From a virus (lineage: Duplodnaviria; Caudoviricetes), in the IMG/VR virus record IMGVR_UViG_3300021387_000573, positions 32,001 through 96,000 of that record: a DNA stretch of 64,000 nucleotides. One strand, given 5' to 3'. The first letter of the stretch is position 1. Each line of letters opens with the position of its first letter. The notes beneath the pieces are model-generated. The model had not been told where the DNA came from. It worked only from the letters and a program-made list of their open reading frames with translations, and searched no databases. Shown here piece after piece: positions 8,840-17,356 of this stretch. A program made the position numbers and the translations under genes.

Positions 8840-10675
8840 TCAATTTACAAACACTGAAAACTCATATTCTTCTGATTGAGACAATAAATCTCGCTCCAGT
8901 AACGACGCAACGAAGCTTGCGTAGCTAACGGAACTATAGCGATCTTTGCGATTGGCTCCAACCTCGCCAACAACAATTGCGCCTGTCTGAGGTTTTTTCT
9001 CATAGACAAGTCCTGCCGTCTCGCTAATAAACTCTTGTGTCTCAAGAAACGGCCTCTCATAAAAAAACTGTGTGTCTGCATCCGGAGCCGATGCATACTC
9101 TTTGATGTTAGGCAAGTAGTTCTCAATGGCTGACTCAAGATTTGATAAAAAGTCAATGCGTTCCTCAACAAGTATTCTGCGAAAGTCGATTGCAATGTCG
9201 CTGTTAAGTTTCTGAGAGGCGTTAATTGCATAAACGCATTCATTTGCACCCTCGACTGTAATTCGACTTGCAATACCATCATCGTTCATGCATCGCAATG
9301 GCTGATATTCAACATCTCGTTCATCATCATACATAGGTCGCGCCATAATATCGTATAAAACCAGGCCGCCGTTGCGCGTATCAAGTACAAGATAATCAGC
9401 ACCAAAATCTTCAAACAACTGCCGTATCCGAATTGCCTGACGAAGTGTGTCGCCGCCCTGCATCGATTCCATATAAGGAACGCTTCGGCGATAACCATTG
9501 CTTACTTCAATGTCGTCACTGCCTTCTCGTTGATACCTTGTGCTTTCCGGGATCAATCGCATACAGGAAAAAATTGAGTTATCGTTTCTTTTGTTCTCAA
9601 CAAACGCGAGGTCAACAGCTAAAAGACGAACCTCTTGCGGTAATTTTGAAATATCGTATGGATTCTTTTTACCAGAACGATAGTCTTCTGTTCTCCTTGG
9701 ATAGAACGGCTTCTTCATACGTTGGTTTTGCTGAAGCATCCCGTATGTGAAGTACGCAGACGTGTTTTCTTTAACCCTGAGATTGAGAAATTCTGTCTCC
9801 CAAGTTATAACGTCTTGTTTCTTCTTTTCTCTCTGAAAGTATCGCATTGTCTTGATCCTGTGACGAATCGAGATTGCTTCATCGAAAGCAAGAAGGCAAG
9901 AGTCTTTCCCTTTCAACATCTCGTCACATGCTTGGTCCACTGTTGACCAGAGCCATGACGTTCCGTTATCAATCCAAGACGAGCTAATATAAATATCTAA
10001 TGGCTCTTCCTGTAATTCGGGTACGTTTGCGTAGAATTCATCTTTCATGTAAGGGACTGGACGCACAATCTGATAAGGAGAAAGGACACTATCTTCATCC
10101 TCTTTCTTAATCTGTCGGAACTCTTCTCGCACAAGAACTGTAGAACGGTATCCGCGTCCACCATCGCCAGGTGCTACAACTGTAATTGTGCTCCCGTTTT
10201 TAAAATAAACAATAACCTCATTCTGGTTATCTTTTACTTTTCGAATCTCTTTCCGAAGAGGCGCAGACATCTTCATGAGTTCTTTTTCTATCTTTTCAGA
10301 AACCAAAAGCTTCGCTTGTTTTTTGGTTCCTGATGCTATAACCACCATTGAATTAGGATACAAAATACAGTAAATACATGCACCAAGGGCAACAATAAAT
10401 GATTTTGCATCTGCACGACTTGCAATGATGACAAAAAAAGAATTGAGCCCCATCAAATACAAGATAATAATCTGGTAAAGATATAGCTTAATCCCAAGGT
10501 AATCCATCGCAAAACGATGAAAGTTACGCCGAAAGAAAGTTGTCCACAGAATAAAATGATCTACATTTTTTTCGTCTCCAAGAAAGGAGTCTGGAGGGAA
10601 ATGCTTAAATAATTCAGCTTGTCGATCATCCGCATTTCGATTCCGATAGTGTTTACGAGGCGCAGATTCACTCAT
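8840..10675 (-). CDS. terL: Terminase large subunit
   Basis: Walker A-like ASRADAKS, GRGYRS, Walker B-like VREEFR, YISSS coupling motif, nuclease AVDLA and KDRYSS; directly upstream of portal. Confidence 0.85.
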   Translation of the reverse strand: MSESAPRKHYRNRNADDRQAELFKHFPPDSFLGDEKNVDHFILWTTFFRRNFHRFAMDYLGIKLYLYQIIILYLMGLNSFFVIIASRADAKSFIVALGACIYCILYPNSMVVIASGTKKQAKLLVSEKIEKELMKMSAPLRKEIRKVKDNQNEVIVYFKNGSTITVVAPGDGGRGYRSTVLVREEFRQIKKEDEDSVLSPYQIVRPVPYMKDEFYANVPELQEEPLDIYISSSWIDNGTSWLWSTVDQACDEMLKGKDSCLLAFDEAISIRHRIKTMRYFQREKKKQDVITWETEFLNLRVKENTSAYFTYGMLQQNQRMKKPFYPRRTEDYRSGKKNPYDISKLPQEVRLLAVDLAFVENKRNDNSIFSCMRLIPESTRYQREGSDDIEVSNGYRRSVPYMESMQGGDTLRQAIRIRQLFEDFGADYLVLDTRNGGLVLYDIMARPMYDDERDVEYQPLRCMNDDGIASRITVEGANECVYAINASQKLNSDIAIDFRRILVEERIDFLSNLESAIENYLPNIKEYASAPDADTQFFYERPFLETQEFISETAGLVYEKKPQTGAIVVGEVGANRKDRYSSVSYASFVASLLERDLLSQSEEYEFSVFVN

Positions 10676-11600
10676 CGTCGTCACCACCATCATCTTCATC
10701 CTTGACGTAGAACTCTTCATCTTTATCCCTTGTTCCAAGGAGAATATTTTTAAGCGGGCGTACAAGCATACGTGAGAAATAATCACCTATATCATCAAAA
10801 TCACGATAGAGTTCTTTCCCTTTGTAATATTCGGCAGGAGTATATTGTTCAATGGTTTCAGCAGTAACGCCATACACAAAGTCCTCTGCAACAGCACCAT
10901 CGCCAACAGATTTCAAATTGCCAGCCTTATATGTTTTCGTATACAGATCCGTCATCTTCTGAAAATCATCAAGCCGGCCTTCTCTTGACGCCTTCAACTG
11001 ATGCATCTTAATCCGGCAACAGTCCATGATGTAATTTTCCTGATTGCCGTCTGCACGCGGGTTTGCCGCCTTCAGCAGAGTATAGTGCCGATTCATCTCA
11101 TCGTAGTCTTCCTTTGCAAACCCGGCACCCCACTTCTTGATGTCGGCAGGATCAATAGAGGATTCTTTTTCTTTTTCGGCTTCTTCTGCAGCAAGAATCT
11201 TATCTCTGAGATTTCTTGCCTTTTTGTCGTACAACACACCAGCAATAGTCGTTCCTTCATCCAGCGAATTATCGAACGTTTTCTTCCGATACTGCGTCCT
11301 GTTCAGACCTCGCAGATACTTACCGATAAACGCATCATCGTCCTCAACTTGATCAAACAATTCGTCATTGTAGTAAATATCAAACGCCATGCATGCACGC
11401 TTCATTGCTTCTCGCTGGCTACCATACTTCATCGTGTATGTATCAATTATTTTGGCAAAGCAACTCTTACAAACAGGCATATACCCCGTATCGGAATATA
11501 GATCACTGAAGCATTTATAAAAATCTTTAGAAAGATCTAATATCTCTCGGCAACGGCAGCAAGTATACTTCCCATCACCTTCGAGTAGAGATTCTGGCAT
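10668..11600 (-). CDS. Putative terminase small subunit-like protein with N-terminal Zn finger
   Basis: CCRC...CKSC; overlaps terL start. Confidence 0.5.
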   Translation of the reverse strand: MPESLLEGDGKYTCCRCREILDLSKDFYKCFSDLYSDTGYMPVCKSCFAKIIDTYTMKYGSQREAMKRACMAFDIYYNDELFDQVEDDDAFIGKYLRGLNRTQYRKKTFDNSLDEGTTIAGVLYDKKARNLRDKILAAEEAEKEKESSIDPADIKKWGAGFAKEDYDEMNRHYTLLKAANPRADGNQENYIMDCCRIKMHQLKASREGRLDDFQKMTDLYTKTYKAGNLKSVGDGAVAEDFVYGVTAETIEQYTPAEYYKGKELYRDFDDIGDYFSRMLVRPLKNILLGTRDKDEEFYVKDEDDGGDDDE

Positions 11601-11756
11601 CTTGCCACCTCCAATCTCAACTATTACAAATAGTTATCGACTAAATGAAAGTCTCCCCATTTTGCACATCGCGTATTTCTGCGGAGAGGTGTGGGGAGTT
11701 CTATTAAACAGAAGGCGCAGCGGTTGCACTTCATTGAGAGGTTGCCGCGACTGTCG

Positions 11757-12296
11757 TTATTCAAGGAAAGAACTAAGGAACTTGCCGAGGGTGGTAGTTC
11801 CGTTATAATGAGAGCCATTCATATTGATCTCAAAGTGGATAACGGCATCATCATTGTCTTCGCAGTGCTCGCAATCGCACGCACACAGTTCACAATCACC
11901 GCAATCAAAATCTTCATCGCCTTCAAAAACGGCTTCATATACAGGCGCGTGTTTCGCCTCATTTTTCAAAGCAATCTTGCTATTCACGCCAGAACCGAGG
12001 ATAAGGCAGTCGTGCTCAAAACTAAGGTATCTATCTTTATCCTTCTGATACGCCTGCTCTACAAAAAGAGTAAGATCGTCAGACAAAGTAATATAATACT
12101 CTTTGTTATAGCCTTCCCACTCCTCTGGATGAATCTCGATGCCATAAGCATCAACTTCGTCATACTTAAGGAGCTCTCTCATCAGTTCTTTTGCTTCATC
12201 ATAAAAAAGAGCGGCGATAGCGCTATGTCCACCAACGGCCTCGGTAAACATGAACTCGGCCAGTTCTTTCATCGTTCCAAAATAAACTCGTTTCAT
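11757..12296 (-). CDS. Hypothetical acidic protein with Cys-rich C-terminus
   Basis: 179 aa, CGDCELCACDCEHC. Confidence 0.55.
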   Translation of the reverse strand: MKRVYFGTMKELAEFMFTEAVGGHSAIAALFYDEAKELMRELLKYDEVDAYGIEIHPEEWEGYNKEYYITLSDDLTLFVEQAYQKDKDRYLSFEHDCLILGSGVNSKIALKNEAKHAPVYEAVFEGDEDFDCGDCELCACDCEHCEDNDDAVIHFEINMNGSHYNGTTTLGKFLSSFLE

Positions 12297-12299
12297 TCT

Positions 12300-12578
12300 C
12301 TACCTCTCGTTAATCGCATTTTTCAGCGTCTTGCTAATCTTGCACCGAACAGATTTATGTGCGGGGTACATCTCCACTTCACCAGTTTTTGGATTCCTAC
12401 GGCGCTGAGGATTGTTTTCAACAACCTCGAATACCATAAAATCCTTAAAAAGTACACGATCTCCACTGATTAGCGCGTTTTTAACTTCATCAAAGAATGA
12501 ATCGATAACGAACGCGCATGTATCATAATTGCATTTCTTTTTCTTGGAGATCTTTTTAATTACGTCTCCTCTAGTCAT
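12300..12578 (-). CDS. hup: HU/IHF family DNA-binding protein
   Basis: 92 aa; F..FEV...RRRNPKTGE arm motif. Confidence 0.85.
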   Translation of the reverse strand: MTRGDVIKKISKKKKCNYDTCAFVIDSFFDEVKNALISGDRVLFKDFMVFEVVENNPQRRRNPKTGEVEMYPAHKSVRCKISKTLKNAINER

Positions 12579-12609
12579 TTCTTACCTCGATTTCAACTAT
12601 AATTTCCAA

Positions 12610-13818
12610 TTAATCCAGAGCGACCGGATAGCAGGCTTTGACACCGTTTTCGTTCACGACACACACCATCTGAGCTGGCTTTCCGCTGATTCTTTTGGAC
12701 ACCGTAAAGTCATCACCCGTGCCGCAAAAACTGCCACTGCGAATGATCTTTACATCGGCAATATCGTCATAAGAACAATGATGCATATGACCATAGAAGA
12801 TAGCATGAGGCTTGACACCGAGCATCATCACAAGTTTTGAAACACCTGCTTCGCTGTAGGTATCATAGTCACCATGCACGGCGAAATACATTTTCTGACG
12901 CACAACAAATGAGGCAATCGTACTATCAATATTGCTGTCATCCAGAAATACAACATTTTTCAGATGTGACAATTTCGCCTTCATGTACCATGGAATAAGA
13001 TCGTCAAGACGTTCGCTTCGTAGAACAAGATCCTTTTGCCCAATGCGTGAGTGGTTCCCAGCAACGCTATTCACATATACAGCACAAAAACTCTTGCTCA
13101 ATTCATAGACAAAAGCAGCAATTAACTCGGCACACTTCTGCACCTGTTCAATCACATTCTCGCGGTTTTCAAGTTGAGTAGTCCAATGAATATTGCCGCT
13201 TACGCAATCACCACCGAGAATCAGATATGCGCTCTCTGCCTGATGTACTCGCTGAATTTCAAGAATCTCACTAAGATAATTGCTAAGACGCTCTCTGGCA
13301 ATATCGGAATCGTAGCGCCCGAAATGATTATTGAAAGTTGTCCCCAAATGAAAATCAGACAACGAAATAATCAAATCGTTGCCTGACTGGTAAACATTAT
13401 TATGAACTTCTGGGAGAGTCGTTCTGCCATTCTCTCGGATCTGCTCTTCCAACCGAGTAAGATTTTCTTCTGCTCGCGCAGACTCACGGGAGAGTTTGTT
13501 CAACGCCTTACGTTCATCAAAAAGTTTCTGTTTCTCTTTACGAACTTCGTCTTTAGCGGCAAGCAGCTCCTTGACATAAGAATCGTCATCGTATTTCTTG
13601 AATACGCCGGCCTCATGAAACTTCTTGGCGTTAGTATATGCTTTGCGGTATGCAGACTCTTTTCGATATTCCGTCTCATCATCTCGGAACTCTTTGTTCA
13701 TCAAGTCTGCAATTTCCGACCAGTCCATATCCAGAGCGCCGGAGTCCTTTGCTTGTCCAAGTCTCCAGAGGAACTGCTCCTCATTTTCGTTCTCTTTTCT
13801 CGTAATAACCAAACTCAA
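12610..13818 (-). CDS. Calcineurin-like metallophosphoesterase with N-terminal coiled coil (YonJ-like position)
   Basis: SDFHLG, GGD, GNH, HGD, GHMH motifs. Confidence 0.8.
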   Translation of the reverse strand: MSLVITRKENENEEQFLWRLGQAKDSGALDMDWSEIADLMNKEFRDDETEYRKESAYRKAYTNAKKFHEAGVFKKYDDDSYVKELLAAKDEVRKEKQKLFDERKALNKLSRESARAEENLTRLEEQIRENGRTTLPEVHNNVYQSGNDLIISLSDFHLGTTFNNHFGRYDSDIARERLSNYLSEILEIQRVHQAESAYLILGGDCVSGNIHWTTQLENRENVIEQVQKCAELIAAFVYELSKSFCAVYVNSVAGNHSRIGQKDLVLRSERLDDLIPWYMKAKLSHLKNVVFLDDSNIDSTIASFVVRQKMYFAVHGDYDTYSEAGVSKLVMMLGVKPHAIFYGHMHHCSYDDIADVKIIRSGSFCGTGDDFTVSKRISGKPAQMVCVVNENGVKACYPVALD

Positions 13819-13834
13819 TCTCCTATTTCAACTA

Positions 13835-14461
13835 TCAGATTATCTCGTCAATATCGCAATCTTCACCAACAATGTAATCAACGACACCAAGCTCCTTGGC
13901 TTGCTTCGGAAGAAAATACCACTCACAACGATATTTTTCCTTGTAAAGCTCTTCGCTGATCTTGGTGCGAGAAATGATGAACTCTCTCGTCATCTGCTCC
14001 ATTTCACCGGCTTCGAAGTCGATACGATCCTTTGCCTTCGACATATTGTCAAAAGCACCGGTATAGCCTTCGTGCATCAGATACTCGCAGTGAGGGAATG
14101 TATATCTCTTGTGGCCTGAAATAGCAATCAGGAACCCCATAGACGAGCACTCAGCAAGATTGACTGTATAAACGGGTGTTTTACTATTGACAATCGCATC
14201 TACAAGGCTATAACCGCAAATCACGCTTCCGCCAGGAGAATTGATATACAAAAGGATTGGTTTGCGCTCTTCTACAGGAACACCCTTGTCAAGCCTGTTG
14301 TAGCGCAGAATGTGATACACCAACTGGTCAATTACTTCTTCATCAACTTCGCCGTTCAGATAAAGATGGCGATTCTCTTCAATATCTTCAATATCAAATT
14401 TATCTGCATAACAATAGTTGTAAGTCTTCGTAATATCTTCTCGAATGATCTCTTCTCCCAT
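13835..14461 (-). CDS. clpP: ClpP-family protease subunit
   Basis: LYINSPGGSV, CSSMG (catalytic Ser), LMHE (catalytic His), A.ELGVVD.I. Confidence 0.85.
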   Translation of the reverse strand: MGEEIIREDITKTYNYCYADKFDIEDIEENRHLYLNGEVDEEVIDQLVYHILRYNRLDKGVPVEERKPILLYINSPGGSVICGYSLVDAIVNSKTPVYTVNLAECSSMGFLIAISGHKRYTFPHCEYLMHEGYTGAFDNMSKAKDRIDFEAGEMEQMTREFIISRTKISEELYKEKYRCEWYFLPKQAKELGVVDYIVGEDCDIDEII

Positions 14462-14469
14462 GTTTCCTC

Positions 14470-15912
14470 CTACAGATGGACGACCATGCCCCTGAAAGCA
14501 CAGAGCACACGGTAAGTTTTATCGTTCTTGGAAATGGCTTCTTTTAGTTTGTCGGCTAAACACTTTTTCCCTTCTGGTTCTCCATGAACCAAAATCAGTT
14601 TTCCACAATTGAGGGAACTACCATATTTCACAAGGTCTTCGTGTCCTGCGTGGCTGCTAAAAGAAGAGAGCGTGATACAATCAGCAAGATTGGCAACACG
14701 CTCTTTGTTAATACTTATAAACTTGTGATCTCTATAATTTTTAATCCGATAAGACAGGTAGGATGGATTGTCTCCTGTATAACCAGAGAAAATTACCATA
14801 CTGTTTCTGTCTGCTATATATTTTTTCAAGTAATTTACAACACGACCATTGGTACAGAAGCCAGACGCAGACAGAATGACCTTCGGACGGTTATCCGCTA
14901 AACACGCCTGCGAATCTGCTTTCTCGGAAATGAATTGTACGTTCTCCCAGCGTTTCACAGTATCCCATAATTCAAGATCTTGACCTTCCAAAATATGGTA
15001 ATATAATTCGCTGATCTCGCAACTCAGTTTGGAGTCCACGATGATCGGAACTGTGAAGCTTTGATCCTCGCCGTAAATCTCATACAGCGTTGTCAACATC
15101 TCCTGTGTCCTGCTAAAACTAAAGCAGGGGAGTACCACACTGCCGCCGCGCACAAGCGTCGTATCGATGGCTGATTTCAAATGCTTTACATCCTGTTCCC
15201 TTGTCTTCGTCGAAAATCGCTTTGAGTTTCCGTATGTTGCCTCCAACAGCACAAGATCGTTGTAGCCATCTGGTACTTCCGTATCTGTAACATAGTGGTT
15301 CTTCGTGCTGAGAGCACCAATGTCCGATGTGTATAGAATTTTCTTTTTCTTCCCACCTGTTGTCAGGATCAGTTGTAGTTGTGCCGCACCAACGCAATGA
15401 GCGTTGTGGAGCCACTGAAAACTAACAACATCGTCGAGTTTGTATACGCGGTTATATTCGTCGTGTTCGTAAATCAAATCTAGTGTCTCATAAACATCTT
15501 TCTCTTCGTAAATAGGGGAGTAATCCCGTTTATATCGTTTTGAAAGCACTCTTGCCTCATCATTTAAGATGTAACAGGAGTTAAGAAGAAGCGGTTTCAT
15601 CACGGCAGCGGTCTTATCAGTTGCAATGATTTTCCCGTGGAATCCCTCTTTTACCAAACGCGGCAGCAGGCCCGTGTGATCGATGTGTGCATGGCAAGCA
15701 AACACATAGTCAATCTCAGACGGTTTGAACCGAAATTTCTCCGCATTAATTTTATAGCTGTCCAGGTAACTATTGCTCGATGACTGATGTAGCCCGCACT
15801 CAAGAAGGATTTGGCGACCGCCGAACTTGATAAGATACTGGGAACCAGTTACATCCTCGGATGCTTTCCCAGTGAAAAAGATACCATCGCCTTTCAGCTT
15901 CTTGATGCTCAT
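14470..15912 (-). CDS. MBL-fold beta-CASP ribonuclease
   Basis: VTGS, HAHIDH, AHCVGA, YTSDIG, EATYG, SSHAG, LVHGE motifs. Confidence 0.85.
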   Translation of the reverse strand: MSIKKLKGDGIFFTGKASEDVTGSQYLIKFGGRQILLECGLHQSSSNSYLDSYKINAEKFRFKPSEIDYVFACHAHIDHTGLLPRLVKEGFHGKIIATDKTAAVMKPLLLNSCYILNDEARVLSKRYKRDYSPIYEEKDVYETLDLIYEHDEYNRVYKLDDVVSFQWLHNAHCVGAAQLQLILTTGGKKKKILYTSDIGALSTKNHYVTDTEVPDGYNDLVLLEATYGNSKRFSTKTREQDVKHLKSAIDTTLVRGGSVVLPCFSFSRTQEMLTTLYEIYGEDQSFTVPIIVDSKLSCEISELYYHILEGQDLELWDTVKRWENVQFISEKADSQACLADNRPKVILSASGFCTNGRVVNYLKKYIADRNSMVIFSGYTGDNPSYLSYRIKNYRDHKFISINKERVANLADCITLSSFSSHAGHEDLVKYGSSLNCGKLILVHGEPEGKKCLADKLKEAISKNDKTYRVLCAFRGMVVHL

Positions 15913-15927
15913 AGGCGCGCTCCCTTC

Positions 15928-16101
15928 TTACTTGTTTAGTTTCTTTGCAAGTGCAGCATATTTATCGCCAATATACCTCTTGTTTGTCGTGCGGTAATAA
16001 CTTGCGAGGTTGCCATTACGGTCAACATAGCCGCGATATGTGTTGCGAATGATGCCTTTCTTGATCAGAAGTTCCATTTCTTCCTTGGTGATTTCCTTAA
16101 T
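15928..16101 (-). CDS. Small basic hypothetical protein (57 aa, probable ATT start)
   Basis: AAGGATGTG RBS then ATT AAG GAA ATC...; reads IKEITKEEMELLIKKGIIRNTYRGYV... Confidence 0.45.
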   Translation of the reverse strand: MKEITKEEMELLIKKGIIRNTYRGYVDRNGNLASYYRTTNKRYIGDKYAALAKKLNK

Positions 16102-16170
16102 TGTGAATACACATCCTTAAATAAATTTGCCGCCACTTAGAGCCGGTAGCTTGCTCAGTATTCAATTGTG

Positions 16171-16247
16171 TGGTTGCGGAGGTTGGACTTGAACCAACGA
16201 CCTTCAGCTTATGAGGCTGACGAGCTTCCAACTGCTACTACTCCGCA
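16171..16247 (-). tRNA. tRNA with CAU anticodon (Met-type)
   Basis: Cloverleaf TGCGGAG...TCAGC-CT-CAT-AA-GCTGA...GGTTCAAGTCC...CTCCGCA-A-CCA. Confidence 0.85.
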
Positions 16248-16486
16248 GAATATAAAAAAGACCCGACGTGGTACGCATCGTTGAGAGGCGTGTCGGGTTC
16301 TATGTTATAATTAGAGCACGTCCGGCACAGCACAAGCCATGCCGGTAGCTCCAGAGAAGAGAAAGATAGAGAAATGAGAACAGGTATATTTTATACTATA
16401 TACCATAATACTAAAAATTTTTGAAGGACTTGAAACCCGCATAAACACTTGTTTTTTTTGATGTTTTTAACTTTTAATTGCTGCGT

Positions 16487-17356
16487 CTACCTTTGGGACT
16501 TCCATTCTCGTTTGCGCTTTTTGTCATGTTCTTTTTGACAGTCTTGGCACCTACAGGTCTTTGTATTCTTCGCGCTGACGCGGACATCTCTTCCACAATC
16601 CACGCAAGTAATAATTTTGTACTCTTGCGGTACATACCCAGCGCAGTCCTTGCAATACTTCTTCGTGCCAGCTTTGTTCCCACGCATCAAGATCCCACAC
16701 TGTTGGCAAGTAACGATGTTCTCACCTATGTATTGAAGATACAGATACCCAAGATCGCGGAAGTCCGTCACAGCCAAAGCGCAATCTCCGTCGTTGTCGC
16801 AGAAAGTAACGCGTACAGATAGATTATCGTTTTTCTTCGGAAGATCTACGAGATGTCGAATGAAGAAATCGTTAATCATAAAGTCCTGTTTCATTCCACT
16901 CATAGAGACGTGTGCCATCTGGAATACATCTTTTGTTTTATAGACCTTATATCCAACCCAACCGTTGTTCTTTGGATTCCGAATGTTCAAAAGTTTTGCC
17001 AAACACAGAAATGAAAACAGAACCTGCTGATGCTGCTTTGACAGACCGCATCCACTGATTGTGTCGAGCTCATCCTTTGTGATCGGAACAAAGTATTGCT
17101 GAAACAGTTTATACTTCCCGGCAGAGGAGGCCAGTGCCTCGATGACTTCCTCCCACCTCAGAATGCTCTTTTTATACGGAGGATAGTTCTGGCTGATAAA
17201 CTCCGTCAACGCCTTTTGTATCCGAACTTTGCGATAGCCAAGCTCGTGGTAATAATATTTTGCCAAGATTTGTGCGGTCTGCCAAGCGTTATCACCCAAC
17301 GTCTTCTCTCGCAAACACTGTTCCGCATATTCTTTTTCATTCAGTATAATCTTCAT
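16487..17356 (-). CDS. Hypothetical protein with C-terminal Zn ribbons, coupled to the RNA polymerase gene
   Basis: 289 aa, four CxxC pairs; start overlaps the 3' end of the yonO-like gene. Confidence 0.65.
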   Translation of the reverse strand: MKIILNEKEYAEQCLREKTLGDNAWQTAQILAKYYYHELGYRKVRIQKALTEFISQNYPPYKKSILRWEEVIEALASSAGKYKLFQQYFVPITKDELDTISGCGLSKQHQQVLFSFLCLAKLLNIRNPKNNGWVGYKVYKTKDVFQMAHVSMSGMKQDFMINDFFIRHLVDLPKKNDNLSVRVTFCDNDGDCALAVTDFRDLGYLYLQYIGENIVTCQQCGILMRGNKAGTKKYCKDCAGYVPQEYKIITCVDCGRDVRVSAKNTKTCRCQDCQKEHDKKRKREWKSQR

